Of a DNA stretch of 32,000 bases, positions 1 through 9,184 are shown piece by piece. Positions within the stretch are counted from its first letter, which is position 1. Every line of letters starts with the position of its first letter. Source of the DNA: Candidatus Minimicrobia sp. QA0096 (lineage in GTDB: Bacteria; Patescibacteriota; Saccharimonadia; Saccharimonadales; Saccharimonadaceae). Location of the stretch: contig NZ_OZ017288.1 in the NCBI RefSeq assembly GCF_963967315.1, positions 270,001 through 302,000 on the forward strand, in the 5' to 3' direction. A program made the position numbers and the translations under genes. Under the pieces are notes generated by a model. The model searched no databases. It was not told the origin of the DNA and saw only the letters and a program-made list of their open reading frames with translations.

Positions 1-869
1 TAATACATCGCCAGAGAATGTTGCATCATGCTCAAATCTACTTCCTCGATTTCGTAACCAAGCTGCTTCAATTTCTCCGCATAATCAAGCGTTTTTTGGC
101 GAACTTCCGCGTCCACGTCGTCGGTCATACACTGCTTGACTAGACCTATCTTTTTCTTTGCGAATTCTGGCTGATTATTCCAAAAATCAGGCAAAGTCGT
201 CATATCTTTATCATCGCGACCAGCCATAATTTCCATCACCAAATCAGTATCTTCTGCGTTCGTAGCAAAACAACCAATTGTGTCCGTACTTGACGCCATC
301 GCTACTACGCCATAACGGCTAACCGCCCCATAAGTCGGCTTAATTCCAACCACTCCGTTAAAGCTGGCTGGCTGACGAATCGAACCACCAGTATCCGTAC
401 CAAGCGCAAACGGAACCACGTCAAGCGCCGTGACTACCGCCGATCCACCAGATGATCCGCCAGCAACTCGCGTTTTATCAGCAGCATTCTTGGTTGGACC
501 AAATGCCGAGTTTTCCGTCGAACCACCGTGTGCAAAAGCATCCAAGTTCGCCTTACCGATGAAAATCGCACCTTCAGCTTCCAATTTCTCAACAGCCGTC
601 GCCTGTAATGGCGCATTAAAGTTTTCTAGCATTTTTGAAGCGGCAGTCGTTGGCGCACCAAACGCCAAAAAATTGTCCTTCACAACAAATGGCACGCCCG
701 CCAATCGCCCAGAAATCTCGCCAGCATCAACTTTTTCTGCTCGCTCCAGTGCACGCTCTTCCGTCAAGCTAAGCAGCGCATTATACTCCCCAATTTCACG
801 CGCTCGTCGTAATACTTCTTTTACATTCTCAACTGCGCTCTTGCCGATAAAATCACTAATCTCACTCAT
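1..869 (-). CDS. gatA: Glutamyl-tRNA(Gln) amidotransferase subunit A, first ~289 codons (3' part runs off the window start)
   Basis: Absent from the ORF track because it is open at the window edge. My minus-strand translation from ATG 867-869 reads MSEISDFIGKSAVENVKEVLRRAREIGEYNALLSLTEERALERAEKVDAGEISGRLAGVPFVVKDNF...RVAGGSSGGSAVVTALDVVPFALGTDTGGSIRQPASFNGVVGIKPTYG, which is the amidase signature. The start overlaps the gatC stop (TAATG). Confidence 0.9.
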   Translation of the reverse strand, partial: MSEISDFIGKSAVENVKEVLRRAREIGEYNALLSLTEERALERAEKVDAGEISGRLAGVPFVVKDNFLAFGAPTTAASKMLENFNAPLQATAVEKLEAEGAIFIGKANLDAFAHGGSTENSAFGPTKNAADKTRVAGGSSGGSAVVTALDVVPFALGTDTGGSIRQPASFNGVVGIKPTYGAVSRYGVVAMASSTDTIGCFATNAEDTDLVMEIMAGRDDKDMTTLPDFWNNQPEFAKKKIGLVKQCMTDDVDAEVRQKTLDYAEKLKQLGYEIEEVDLSMMQHSLAMY

Positions 870-1156
870 TACAATACCTGCGGAACTTTCACTTGGTTAT
901 TCTGTTTTTCCGGCGCCAAATCGAGCAGGCTCTCAACAGAAATCCCCACTTGAACTTCATCTTCGCGCCACACATTGCTCAGCCCCGTAACCTGATAAGT
1001 CGGCTCAACACCCGACACGTCAAGCTCACTCAACTGCTCAATGTAGCCAATTATATTTTCCAAATCTTGGCGCAGTCCGTCGGTTTCGTCATCAGTTAAT
1101 GCCAGACTACTCAAACTCGCCAAGTGCTGAATATCGCTGGTAGAAATAGTTATCAT
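869..1156 (-). CDS. gatC: Glutamyl-tRNA(Gln) amidotransferase subunit C
   Basis: The 95-aa ORF (MITISTSDIQHLASLSSLALTDDETDGLRQDLENIIGYIEQLSELDVSGVEPTYQV...) is typical GatC and sits directly upstream of gatA. TGGTATAAT lies 6 nt upstream of the ATG. Confidence 0.9.
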   Translation of the reverse strand: MITISTSDIQHLASLSSLALTDDETDGLRQDLENIIGYIEQLSELDVSGVEPTYQVTGLSNVWREDEVQVGISVESLLDLAPEKQNNQVKVPQVL

Positions 1157-1173
1157 ATCAATATTATACCACT

Positions 1174-1202
1174 AAAAAAAGCCGCCCACTAAAATGAGCG
1201 AC
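1174..1202 (-). terminator. Rho-independent terminator after the 1224..2009 gene
   Basis: On the minus-strand RNA, positions 1195-1202 pair with 1181-1188 to give an 8-bp stem. Two pairs are G-U and would be C-A mismatches on the plus strand, so the hairpin is orientation-specific. The loop is 6 nt and a U7 run follows (A-run 1174-1180 on plus). Confidence 0.7.
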
Positions 1203-1223
1203 TTTATTCTTCTCTGGGTTTTA

Positions 1224-2009
1224 TTACATTGAGTAATCTTTATATCGGCTAGTGTAGTCTAATTGAGAAGGCTTTACTGCACTACCCGTGTTGTGTGCCT
1301 TAACGGCAATTGTAATAGCGCCAGTCAATAATACGACAGAAGAAGCCACAATCAGCATCAAGGACAAAGCCTTTGACATGTTGCGTCCTTTGACAATTTG
1401 ACAAATGAAGTAAGCGCTAGTAGCAACAATTGCAAGAGCTAATGCATATGGCAAGAATTCACCCAAGTACAAACTCTTATAGAATTCGCCACCGTCACCA
1501 ACGCCGATAAATAGCAATGAGTTGATCAAAATGCTTACTAATCGAGCAACCAAGTCGACAGCTGGAATAATCAAAACCGCCAAACCGCCGTAAGTTACCA
1601 ATTTGTAAGCTGTTCGCTTTGTGTAGCCTTCACGCTCCGGAACAGCTTTTGATACGCGAGAGAATAGAACTAGTGACAATACAGCCAAAAGTACAGCAAA
1701 CACTGACGCTGCAATAATTCCCGTTCCCTGAGTTACCATTGATGGCGCGAAAAATCCGCCAACACTTCTTAATAACATTGATGTTGAATTCGTCCACAAA
1801 CCAAACACCTTGGTTATGATGTCAATCAGCAACATGACTGAAACAATCGCTGAGCCCATTGCTAAAGCGTATTCCAAAGTTAGCATCTTTGCCTTGCCCT
1901 TATTTGGGTCTTCGTATGCGTATTGTGGATATGCCTGGTAAGCATTTGGTTGCATCGGCATTTCTGGTTGCGCGACGTTTGTTGGCTGTGGCTGTTCTTT
2001 TGCTGCCAT
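1224..2009 (-). CDS. Hypothetical polytopic membrane protein with Pro/Gln/Tyr-rich N-terminus
   Basis: 261-aa ORF with ATG start and an AGGAGGG SD upstream (2012-2020 region). It has several long hydrophobic segments. I recognise no family. Confidence 0.6.
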   Translation of the reverse strand: MAAKEQPQPTNVAQPEMPMQPNAYQAYPQYAYEDPNKGKAKMLTLEYALAMGSAIVSVMLLIDIITKVFGLWTNSTSMLLRSVGGFFAPSMVTQGTGIIAASVFAVLLAVLSLVLFSRVSKAVPEREGYTKRTAYKLVTYGGLAVLIIPAVDLVARLVSILINSLLFIGVGDGGEFYKSLYLGEFLPYALALAIVATSAYFICQIVKGRNMSKALSLMLIVASSVVLLTGAITIAVKAHNTGSAVKPSQLDYTSRYKDYSM

Positions 2010-2039
2010 AATCCCTCCTAATCTAATAATATTTTTATT

Positions 2040-4010
2040 CTACATTGTATGACGGATTTCTGCAATTAAGTCACGCAGTTCTGCCGCTTTTTCAAATTCC
2101 AAATTAGCGCTATGTAGTTCCATTTGCGCCGTCAGATCTTTAATCAAAGCTGGATATTCGTCTTTTGGAATTTTCTTCAGGTTAAGCTTTGGCTTTTTAT
2201 CAGATTCTTTTTGCGGGATAATCGAGCGCAAACCGTCGTCAATCTTCTTCTGAATAGTTTGCGGCGTAATATTATGCTCTTCGTTATATTTCTGCTGGAT
2301 CGCTCGACGTCGATTCGTTTCGTCAATTGCTCGACGCATACTATCCGTAACATTGTCGCCATACATAATAACTCGCCCATCAACGTGCCGCGCCGCTCGC
2401 CCAATCGTCTGAATTAGCGCCTGCTCACTACGCAAGAAACCTTCCTTATCAGCGTCCATAATTGCCACCAAACTGACCTCCGGAAGGTCCAAACCTTCAC
2501 GCAATAGATTAATTCCAACCAGCACGTCATACGTTCCAAGTCGCAAATCTTTCAGAATATCACCACGTTCCAGTGTATCAATTTCGCTATGCAAATACGC
2601 CGTCTTCACGCCGTTTTCCGTCAAATAAGCGCTCAAGTCCTCCGCCATTCGCTTGGTTAGTGTCGTCACCAACACGCGATGACCTTTCGCAATCGTCTGG
2701 CGAATTTCCTCCATCAAATCATCAACCTGCCCGTCGGTCGGTCGAACTTCAATCGGCGGATCAAGCAACCCAGTCGGTCGAATAAGCTGCTCAGCTGGCT
2801 TTGGCGAGTGAGAAAGTTCATAATCTCCCGGCGTAGCGGAAACATAAATTGCCTGATGAATATGCTGATTGAACTCATCAAATCGAAGTGGGCGATTGTC
2901 CAGCGCGCTTGGAAGACGAAAACCATGCTCAACCAAAACTTCCTTACGGGCGCGATCACCGTTGTACATTCCCCGAACTTGCGGCAACGTCATGTGCGAT
3001 TCGTCAACCAAAAGTAGCCAATCGTCCGGAAAATAATCAATCAAAGTTGCCGGCTGCTCGCCAGGTTCTCGGTCGGTCAAATAGCGCGAATAATTCTCAA
3101 TTCCTTTCACAAAACCAGTTTCCTTCAGCATTTCCAAATCATATTTGGTACGCTGACTCAGCCTTTGCGCCTCTAAAAACTTGCCATTATCCTCAAACCA
3201 TTTCAGTCGCTGATTAAACTCATTTTCAATTCCAACAATTGCTTTTTCAATTCGCTCACGTGGTGTCGAATAGTGGCTGGATGGGAAAATTGTAAATTGG
3301 TCTGGACGATCCAAAATCTCGCCAGTCAAGGGGTCGATCTTCGTCAGCCGCTCAATTTCATCACCAAAGAATTCCACGCGAATCGCAGTATCTTGACCCG
3401 CTGGAAAAATATCCACGACATCGCCGCGCACCCGAAAAGTTCCACGCGCAAAATCGATGTCGTTGCGCTTATACTGAATGTCGGTCAATAGGCGAATAAA
3501 CTTGTCCTGGACTCGGCGCTCACCAACGGTCAATTTAATAGCCATATCGGCGTAAGTTTCTGGCGAACCAATGCCGTAAATACAGCTCACACTCGCCACA
3601 ATAATTACATCGCGGCGCGTCAATAACGCAGAAGTTGCCGCGTGCCTAAGCCGATCAATTTCGTCGTTGATTTTCGAATCTTTCTCGATGTAAGTGTCGC
3701 TTGAAGCGATGTACGCCTCTGGCTGGTAGTAGTCAAAATAGCTAACAAAATAGTGGACTTCATTGTCTGGAAAAAATTCCTTAAACTCAGAAAAAAGTTG
3801 TGCCGCCAAAGTCTTATTGTGAGCCAAAACCAGCGTCGGCACATTGCGCTCGGCAATAATATTCGCCATTGTAAACGTCTTCCCCGAACCAGTCACACCC
3901 AGCAAAGTTTGCTCGCGCTGACCTTTTTCCAAACCATCGACCAACTGAGCAATTGCTCGCGGCTGATCGCCCGTGGGCTGATATGAAGAAGAGAGGCGAA
4001 ATTTATTCAC
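2040..4010 (-). CDS. uvrB: Excinuclease ABC subunit B
   Basis: 656-aa ORF with Walker A GVTGSGKT, helicase motifs (DESH, VSATPG) and a C-terminal UVR domain ([13 protein letters not shown]). GTG start at 4008-4010. Confidence 0.95.
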   Translation of the reverse strand: MNKFRLSSSYQPTGDQPRAIAQLVDGLEKGQREQTLLGVTGSGKTFTMANIIAERNVPTLVLAHNKTLAAQLFSEFKEFFPDNEVHYFVSYFDYYQPEAYIASSDTYIEKDSKINDEIDRLRHAATSALLTRRDVIIVASVSCIYGIGSPETYADMAIKLTVGERRVQDKFIRLLTDIQYKRNDIDFARGTFRVRGDVVDIFPAGQDTAIRVEFFGDEIERLTKIDPLTGEILDRPDQFTIFPSSHYSTPRERIEKAIVGIENEFNQRLKWFEDNGKFLEAQRLSQRTKYDLEMLKETGFVKGIENYSRYLTDREPGEQPATLIDYFPDDWLLLVDESHMTLPQVRGMYNGDRARKEVLVEHGFRLPSALDNRPLRFDEFNQHIHQAIYVSATPGDYELSHSPKPAEQLIRPTGLLDPPIEVRPTDGQVDDLMEEIRQTIAKGHRVLVTTLTKRMAEDLSAYLTENGVKTAYLHSEIDTLERGDILKDLRLGTYDVLVGINLLREGLDLPEVSLVAIMDADKEGFLRSEQALIQTIGRAARHVDGRVIMYGDNVTDSMRRAIDETNRRRAIQQKYNEEHNITPQTIQKKIDDGLRSIIPQKESDKKPKLNLKKIPKDEYPALIKDLTAQMELHSANLEFEKAAELRDLIAEIRHTM

Positions 4011-4037
4011 CTCTCTATTTTACTATATTTATGAAAA

Positions 4038-4638
4038 CTAGTCTTGGCCATAAGTTTGAGACGAGCCAGAAACTTCACATTTGCCGTCAACCAAGCGACT
4101 CGGAACCGATGTCAACTTCAAGTCTGAGCACGACATGCCACCTTGCTGCGTGCCCGCAACAATTGCAATTTCACCAGTACCGCTCTTTGGTCCGATAATA
4201 GCATAAGCGTTCGTCAAGCCATATACTGCCGCATATTTTCCGTATGCACGGTCGATGATTGGCTCATACACAGAACCTTCACGCTCTGGAATTGGCTGAC
4301 CGACTTTAGACTTCAAGAACTTCTTCAAAGAACTGTCAATATCCAATTTATCAACATCACTTGCTGAAGTTAAACGAATGCCCGTACCGTCGCCTTTGGT
4401 TCGGAAATCTTTATATTCTTTCTTTGCCTCATTTGACGGCTCCTCGCCTTCACCGCGAGTTTTTTTCCAGTGAATCAGATGAGTCTTTCTTTGTTTGGCT
4501 GGTTTTTACCGAAGAGTTAGAGTCACTATTTTTATGCATAGCACCAGCAATTATCCAAGTAGCCATAGCTACGATAATTATACCCATAACAATCACCGCC
4601 GCGATCAGCCATTTATTGGCCGTTGATTTATTTTCCAT
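4038..4638 (-). pseudogene. Membrane-anchored hypothetical protein split into two frames at an A7 run (possible frameshift, sequencing indel or slippage site)
   Basis: ORF 4450..4638 encodes a TM anchor plus a Ser/Lys-rich linker and stops at 4450. The downstream frame is open from 4475 and runs into ORF 4038..4346, which has only a TTG start and no SD. Removing one A from the run at 4461-4467 joins them into one ORF of about 199 aa. Confidence 0.55.
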
Positions 4639-4760
4639 AAAAATCTCCGCTTAGATTATGCTTTGATTGTATATGATTGGATTATTTACCGTCAGCGTAT
4701 TGTAACCATAGACATTTTATGATATAGTAATAAAGTTAAAATCATAAAATAAAAAGGATA

Positions 4761-5432
4761 ATGATGACACCGAAAAATGTTTGTATTCCGCGCGAATTGC
4801 AACTTCAGGCTGCGATGTTCAGATTAGGAAAAGTCGATGACGAAATTCATGCCGGCTATGAAATTCTCCAAAAATATCATAAAACCGTAACTTTTTTTGG
4901 ATCAGCCAGGATAACTGAAGATAATGAATATTACCAAAAAGCCAAAGACTTAGCATTTCAATTAGCTAAAGAAGGCTACACAATCATCACCGGCGGTGGT
5001 GGCGGAATTATGGAAGCGGCAAACCGCGGCGCTATGGAAGCTGGCGGAAAATCAGTCGGATTCAACATTCGCTTGCCACACGAGCAATCCTTAAACAACT
5101 ATACGACAGATTCGTTCGCATTCACTCACTTCGCGCCGCGAAAAATCGTTATGACGCTTCTGGCTGATGCGTACGTTTGTTTCCCCGGCGGATTCGGTAC
5201 AATGGATGAAATTTGTGAGATCATCACATTGACACAAACTAAGAAAATGGCGCCAGTGCCAATTGTTCTGTTTGATAAAAAATTCTGGGGTAAATGGGAT
5301 GATTTTGTTTGCGAAAATATGCTTCCAAACAAGCTGATATCTGACGGCGATGAAAAAACCTACACAATTACTGAAGACATTACGGAAGTAGTTGAGCTAA
5401 TTAGGAATCAGCGAACTTGTTGCGACCGATAG
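4761..5432 (+). CDS. LOG family (TIGR00730-type) nucleotide 5'-monophosphate nucleosidase / Rossmann-fold protein
   Basis: 223-aa ORF with the GGGGGIMEAANRGA and PGGFGTMDE motifs that characterise LOG / lysine-decarboxylase-like proteins. An AAAAGGA SD precedes the ATG. Confidence 0.8.
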   Translation: MMTPKNVCIPRELQLQAAMFRLGKVDDEIHAGYEILQKYHKTVTFFGSARITEDNEYYQKAKDLAFQLAKEGYTIITGGGGGIMEAANRGAMEAGGKSVGFNIRLPHEQSLNNYTTDSFAFTHFAPRKIVMTLLADAYVCFPGGFGTMDEICEIITLTQTKKMAPVPIVLFDKKFWGKWDDFVCENMLPNKLISDGDEKTYTITEDITEVVELIRNQRTCCDR

Positions 5433-5912
5433 TTATTTCTTAGGCTTCGGCTCAATCCAACAAATTCCGCCCTGACAAACCACTCGCTCCACAGCTGGAT
5501 TATATGTGCGCGGGTGGTTTTTATATCGGCGCGTAATCTCAAATCCCAGACCTCGCTTACCATACGTTGTTTGCTGCTTTCCCAGAGGTAACTGGCAGTG
5601 ATAGTTATTTATAACGTCAATTGGATTAAACGAAATCACTTGCCCATCAACGTCCAAAAGTACCCATTCAGAAGCCTTGAACGGCGCCCATTTGTCTACT
5701 TTCGGCGCAATAGCCATTAGTGATTGGTAAATTTCTTCTGCCGTAGCGTTTGACGGATCCAGACCTAGAGATCGAATAATTGAGTGCGCTCTGGCCAATA
5801 TTTCCGCAATCAATCGCACATCGCTATCATCTCTAGTCATCTGCCTGAGCTCGGTTAATGCTCGACGCTTTTTCGCGTCACCGCCCAACAATTTCCCCAA
5901 ATTTTGCGCCAT
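5433..5912 (-). CDS. Hypothetical protein, last gene of the fba-PfkB operon
   Basis: 159-aa ORF whose ATG overlaps the PfkB stop (TAATG at 5910-5914). I recognise no family. The C-terminal part is Cys-containing (CQLPLG...VVCQGGICW). Confidence 0.6.
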   Translation of the reverse strand: MAQNLGKLLGGDAKKRRALTELRQMTRDDSDVRLIAEILARAHSIIRSLGLDPSNATAEEIYQSLMAIAPKVDKWAPFKASEWVLLDVDGQVISFNPIDVINNYHCQLPLGKQQTTYGKRGLGFEITRRYKNHPRTYNPAVERVVCQGGICWIEPKPKK

Positions 5913-6874
5913 TATAATTCCCTTTCTTGAATTGGCATAGCATGAAGTACTGTGCCAGCATATAAAATTCCAGCCTTTGCTCCAATTTTCATAACCACCG
6001 AACTAGCGTTCGCGCTGCCCATAATCACAGAGTTTTTCAAATTGCCGCTTCGCGCCCATTCACTCAAAAATCCCGACGCAAACGCATCTCCAGCGCCAGT
6101 TCTGTCAATTGACGGTCTGTCGTCGTACATCAGCGCTCGCACGATAGTTTTTCCATCGCTTGCAATCGAGCCATTTACGCCGTCCGTCACTAAAACGACC
6201 GGAACTAATCTCAAACCTCTTCTAACCAAGGCCTCCAAATCCTCGCCGGATACCAATTGCTGCATTTCTTCTTTGTTCAAAGTTAAAACATCGACATCAG
6301 ACAATAATCCCAGCAATTTATCTTTTTGTGCCAATTCCTTCTTTCCAGGATTAAAGCATATTTTCATATCGCGACGCTTGGCTTGCTGGAATAATTTGTG
6401 AAGCATCAGCATATTTCCCGCCAATGTTGAAACATATAGCCAATCCGCATCTTCCTCTGATAAATCAAAGTCTGACTCGTGATAATGAGTAGAAGCACCG
6501 CGGTATGTTAAAATTGTCCGCTCGCCATTTGAGGCTAATAGTAAGACTGAATATCCCGTGCTGTATTTTGGCGAGTACCTCACCAAATGCGTGTCAATAT
6601 TTTCCTTATCCAAGTCAGCAATCACTGCTTGCCCAGCTGGATCATGACCGATTGCGCCCATAAAACTAGCGTAATGCCCTTGCCTGGAAAACGTTACCGC
6701 GGCGTTTGTAGCGCCACCGCCAGTCGAAAAATGAATCTGGTTTACGTCGGCTTTCGCCCCTAAATCTAGTCGCGCAAAACAGTGTTCTGGACTTTCACAA
6801 ACTGGCGTCAGTGCGTCTGATTGGCTTAAAAATACGTCTTGAATTGCCGCACCAACGGTGATTATTTTTGCCAT
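5912..6874 (-). CDS. PfkB/ribokinase-family carbohydrate kinase
   Basis: 320-aa ORF with the two PfkB signatures (STGGGATNAAV near the N-terminus, DRTGAGDAFASGF near the C-terminus). Its start overlaps the fba stop (TAATG). Confidence 0.85.
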   Translation of the reverse strand: MAKIITVGAAIQDVFLSQSDALTPVCESPEHCFARLDLGAKADVNQIHFSTGGGATNAAVTFSRQGHYASFMGAIGHDPAGQAVIADLDKENIDTHLVRYSPKYSTGYSVLLLASNGERTILTYRGASTHYHESDFDLSEEDADWLYVSTLAGNMLMLHKLFQQAKRRDMKICFNPGKKELAQKDKLLGLLSDVDVLTLNKEEMQQLVSGEDLEALVRRGLRLVPVVLVTDGVNGSIASDGKTIVRALMYDDRPSIDRTGAGDAFASGFLSEWARSGNLKNSVIMGSANASSVVMKIGAKAGILYAGTVLHAMPIQEREL

Positions 6875-7785
6875 TAAACCACTGCCTTTCGTACGGAATT
6901 AAACGCCTTAATCTTCGACTCCACCACTTCCTGTACAGCGGCATAAACTGGCGGCATTAATTTAACGATAGCATACTCATTTGGATTTTCACGTAATGTC
7001 TTTTCCAGAGTCGTTCGGAAAGTGTAGCGCATATCAGAATTGATATTGATTTTAGAAACGCCAATTTTCGCAGCATCCTCAAAATAATGCAGCGGCGTGC
7101 CAGACCCACCGTGCAACGAAATCTGACAATGAATCGCCTCACGAATGTCAGCCAACAAATCCAAATCCAACACTTTCGGAACTGGATATTTGCCATGCAA
7201 ATTGCCAATCGCCGCCGCAAAAGTGTCAATTCCAGTCGCCTCGACAAACGCACGCGCACCCTCTGGCGTAGAGAAAGTCTTTTTTATCTCCTCGTAATTT
7301 ATATCTTCCGTATGAACATTTGAACTTCCGCCAAAATAATGCGGCTCAGATTCCACTAGCGCACCAGTAAACTTGGCATATTCAACAACTTCACGAGTCT
7401 TCGCAATAATTTCCTCATCAGAGGCGTTATGATTCGCCTGAGAAATATCAATATGGATAAACTCATATCCAGCATCAATCGCTCGCTTACAGCCCTCAAC
7501 CGTCGGACCGTGGTCCAAATTCAAATACATTTCAATTCCGTACTCAGCCTTATAATTGTCCACCAGATCGCGAACGTTCTCTAGACCCATAGCCTTCACT
7601 TCGGCGTCGGAAACCTCAACCAACACTGGCGATTGAAGTTTTTGCGCCGCCCGCGCCACCGCAATTAGCGTTTCTTGATTGTCAATATTAAACGCCCCAA
7701 CCGCAAAACGCTGCGCCCGTGTCCGCTGCATTAAATGACGCGCCCGTGTCGTGTTTTTCCGAATCTCTGAAATCGATAATCCCAT
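6874..7785 (-). CDS. fba: Class II fructose-bisphosphate aldolase
   Basis: 303-aa ORF with LDHG, ISLHGGSG and KININSD motifs typical of class II FBA/tagatose-bisphosphate aldolases. An AGGGGG SD and a TATAAT box lie upstream. Confidence 0.85.
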   Translation of the reverse strand: MGLSISEIRKNTTRARHLMQRTRAQRFAVGAFNIDNQETLIAVARAAQKLQSPVLVEVSDAEVKAMGLENVRDLVDNYKAEYGIEMYLNLDHGPTVEGCKRAIDAGYEFIHIDISQANHNASDEEIIAKTREVVEYAKFTGALVESEPHYFGGSSNVHTEDINYEEIKKTFSTPEGARAFVEATGIDTFAAAIGNLHGKYPVPKVLDLDLLADIREAIHCQISLHGGSGTPLHYFEDAAKIGVSKININSDMRYTFRTTLEKTLRENPNEYAIVKLMPPVYAAVQEVVESKIKAFNSVRKAVV

Positions 7786-7844
7786 ACTGCCCCCTAAAAT
7801 ACTTATGGTAATTATATCAATTACTGCCCGCTATGCCAAGAGAA

Positions 7845-7873
7845 TTGACATTATGTTATTTTGGTGATAACAT
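7845..7873 (+). promoter_or_regulatory. Sigma70-type promoter of mini-cassette 1
   Basis: TTGACA (7845-7850), a 17-nt spacer, then TAACAT (7868-7873) with TG at 7865-7866. The leader contains the hairpin AGGGCG-GAAGT-CGCCCT (about 7902-7918). Confidence 0.55.
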
Positions 7874-7956
7874 AAAATAACTTTTGCTCGAGGCTTTGTC
7901 TTAGGGCGGAAGTCGCCCTTTAGCTTTGAGTGTTTTCTTTTCAGGAAGGAAGAGAA

Positions 7957-8151
7957 ATGAGCCCTATTGTCAGGATAGCCAAATTCGCACTTAGCGGGTT
8001 TATCCTGCTCATCTTGATGATGTGCGCGACATGGTTGGCAGCACTTATCTGTCTACTAGCAGTCTATGGACCGCTCGAGGGAGTGGCATTTGCGCTGGGG
8101 AGTATCTCACTCCTCTCAATTATCTACGGTATGAAACATCATCGTAGATAA
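7957..8151 (+). CDS. Small (64-aa) two-TM hydrophobic protein with basic C-terminus (KHHRR)
   Basis: ATG at 7957 is preceded by AGGAAGGAAGAG. The track ORF starts earlier (7930) at a non-ATG codon. It is the only plus-strand ORF between minus-strand fba and tkt and has its own promoter and terminator. Confidence 0.55.
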   Translation: MSPIVRIAKFALSGFILLILMMCATWLAALICLLAVYGPLEGVAFALGSISLLSIIYGMKHHRR

Positions 8152-8158
8152 TCACATA

Positions 8159-8222
8159 CCCGTCAGGACTACTGCTTTGAGGTCTTTAATTAGATCTTGG
8201 CGGTAGCTCCTGGCGGGTTTTT
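8159..8222 (+). terminator. Long rod-like hairpin plus T5, terminator of mini-cassette 1
   Basis: CCCGTCAGGACTACTGC (8159-8175) pairs with GCGGTAGCTCCTGGCGGG (8200-8217) with a 1-nt bulge, and GAGGTCT pairs with AGATCTT inside. The U-G pairs are valid only on the plus strand. TTTTT follows at 8218-8222. Confidence 0.7.
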
Positions 8223-9184
8223 CACTGGAGAAAATTGACAACACTACGAACAATTGAATCGACATCCAAGCCATGCTTTTGCCACAATTCAGACATCTTG
8301 CCCGACTCTCCAAACGCGTCATTAACACCAATTCGCTTCATCTTCACCGGCATATTCTCACTAAGAACTTCTGCCACGCTTGAGCCAAATCCACCAGCAA
8401 TCTGCCCCTCTTCCGCCGTAATGACAGCCTGGCATTTTTGAGCTACGTTAAGTACGACCTCTTCATCCAGCGGTTTAATCGTCGGGAAATGAATCACTTC
8501 CGCCTGAATGTCATATTCATTCGCAAGCTTTTCCGCTGCCAACAACAATTGATAAGTCATCGTGCCAGCTCCAAACAAGGCAACATCTTTGCCGCGCCTC
8601 AACGTATAACTTTTTCCAATCTCAAAAGTAGATTGATTCAGGAATAGCGGTGTTTTTTCTCTTGGCAATCTTACGTAGTTTGGGTGTTTATCTCCAGCCA
8701 TTGCCGCCGCCATTAGCTTGGCTTCATTAGCATCACCGGGCGCCAAAACCACCATATTAGGCAAACTTCGCATCAGCGCAATATCTTCCAACATCTGATG
8801 TGTCGCGCCGTCTGGACCGACATTAAGCCCTGCATGAGAACCGACCAGCTTGACCGGCTGATTATTAAGGCAAATAGTCGTGCGAATCTGCTCCCAGTTG
8901 CGACCCGGACTAAACGCCGCATAACTGGCTGCAAACGGAATATTTCCCATAGCCGCCAATCCAGACGCCACGGTAACCAAATTCTGTTCCGCCACGCCAA
9001 CTTCAATTGCCCGCGGCTTCCCGATTTCCTCGTAAAACTTACCAAAGCCAACGCTTTCCATCAAATCCGCGCTCAGCGCTACCACCAAATTATTCTTCTT
9101 CGCAATATCAACCAAGCCTTCGCCAAAGCCAACGCGAATTACTGCAAGTTCCAAATTCTGCCAATTTTCCATTAAGAAACTCAT
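8222..9184 (-). CDS. tkt: Transketolase, C-terminal (pyrimidine-binding) subunit of a split enzyme
   Basis: 320-aa ORF (GFGEGLV...GVAEQNLV...GPDGATHQ...) matching the Pyr and C-terminal domains of transketolase. It overlaps the N-terminal subunit gene by 4 nt. Confidence 0.9.
   Translation of the reverse strand: MSFLMENWQNLELAVIRVGFGEGLVDIAKKNNLVVALSADLMESVGFGKFYEEIGKPRAIEVGVAEQNLVTVASGLAAMGNIPFAASYAAFSPGRNWEQIRTTICLNNQPVKLVGSHAGLNVGPDGATHQMLEDIALMRSLPNMVVLAPGDANEAKLMAAAMAGDKHPNYVRLPREKTPLFLNQSTFEIGKSYTLRRGKDVALFGAGTMTYQLLLAAEKLANEYDIQAEVIHFPTIKPLDEEVVLNVAQKCQAVITAEEGQIAGGFGSSVAEVLSENMPVKMKRIGVNDAFGESGKMSELWQKHGLDVDSIVRSVVNFLQ

Noticed and set aside
430-990. 186-aa plus-strand ORF
   Set aside because: It lies antisense to the clearly recognisable gatA/gatC genes, has a low-complexity Ala/Ser/Pro-rich translation, and has no SD or promoter.
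5952-6401. 149-aa plus-strand ORF; similar long antisense ORFs lie at 8798..9435, 11369..12051 and 23080..24474
   Set aside because: All are antisense to confidently identified enzymes (PfkB, tkt, gap, rclA), and none has translation signals.
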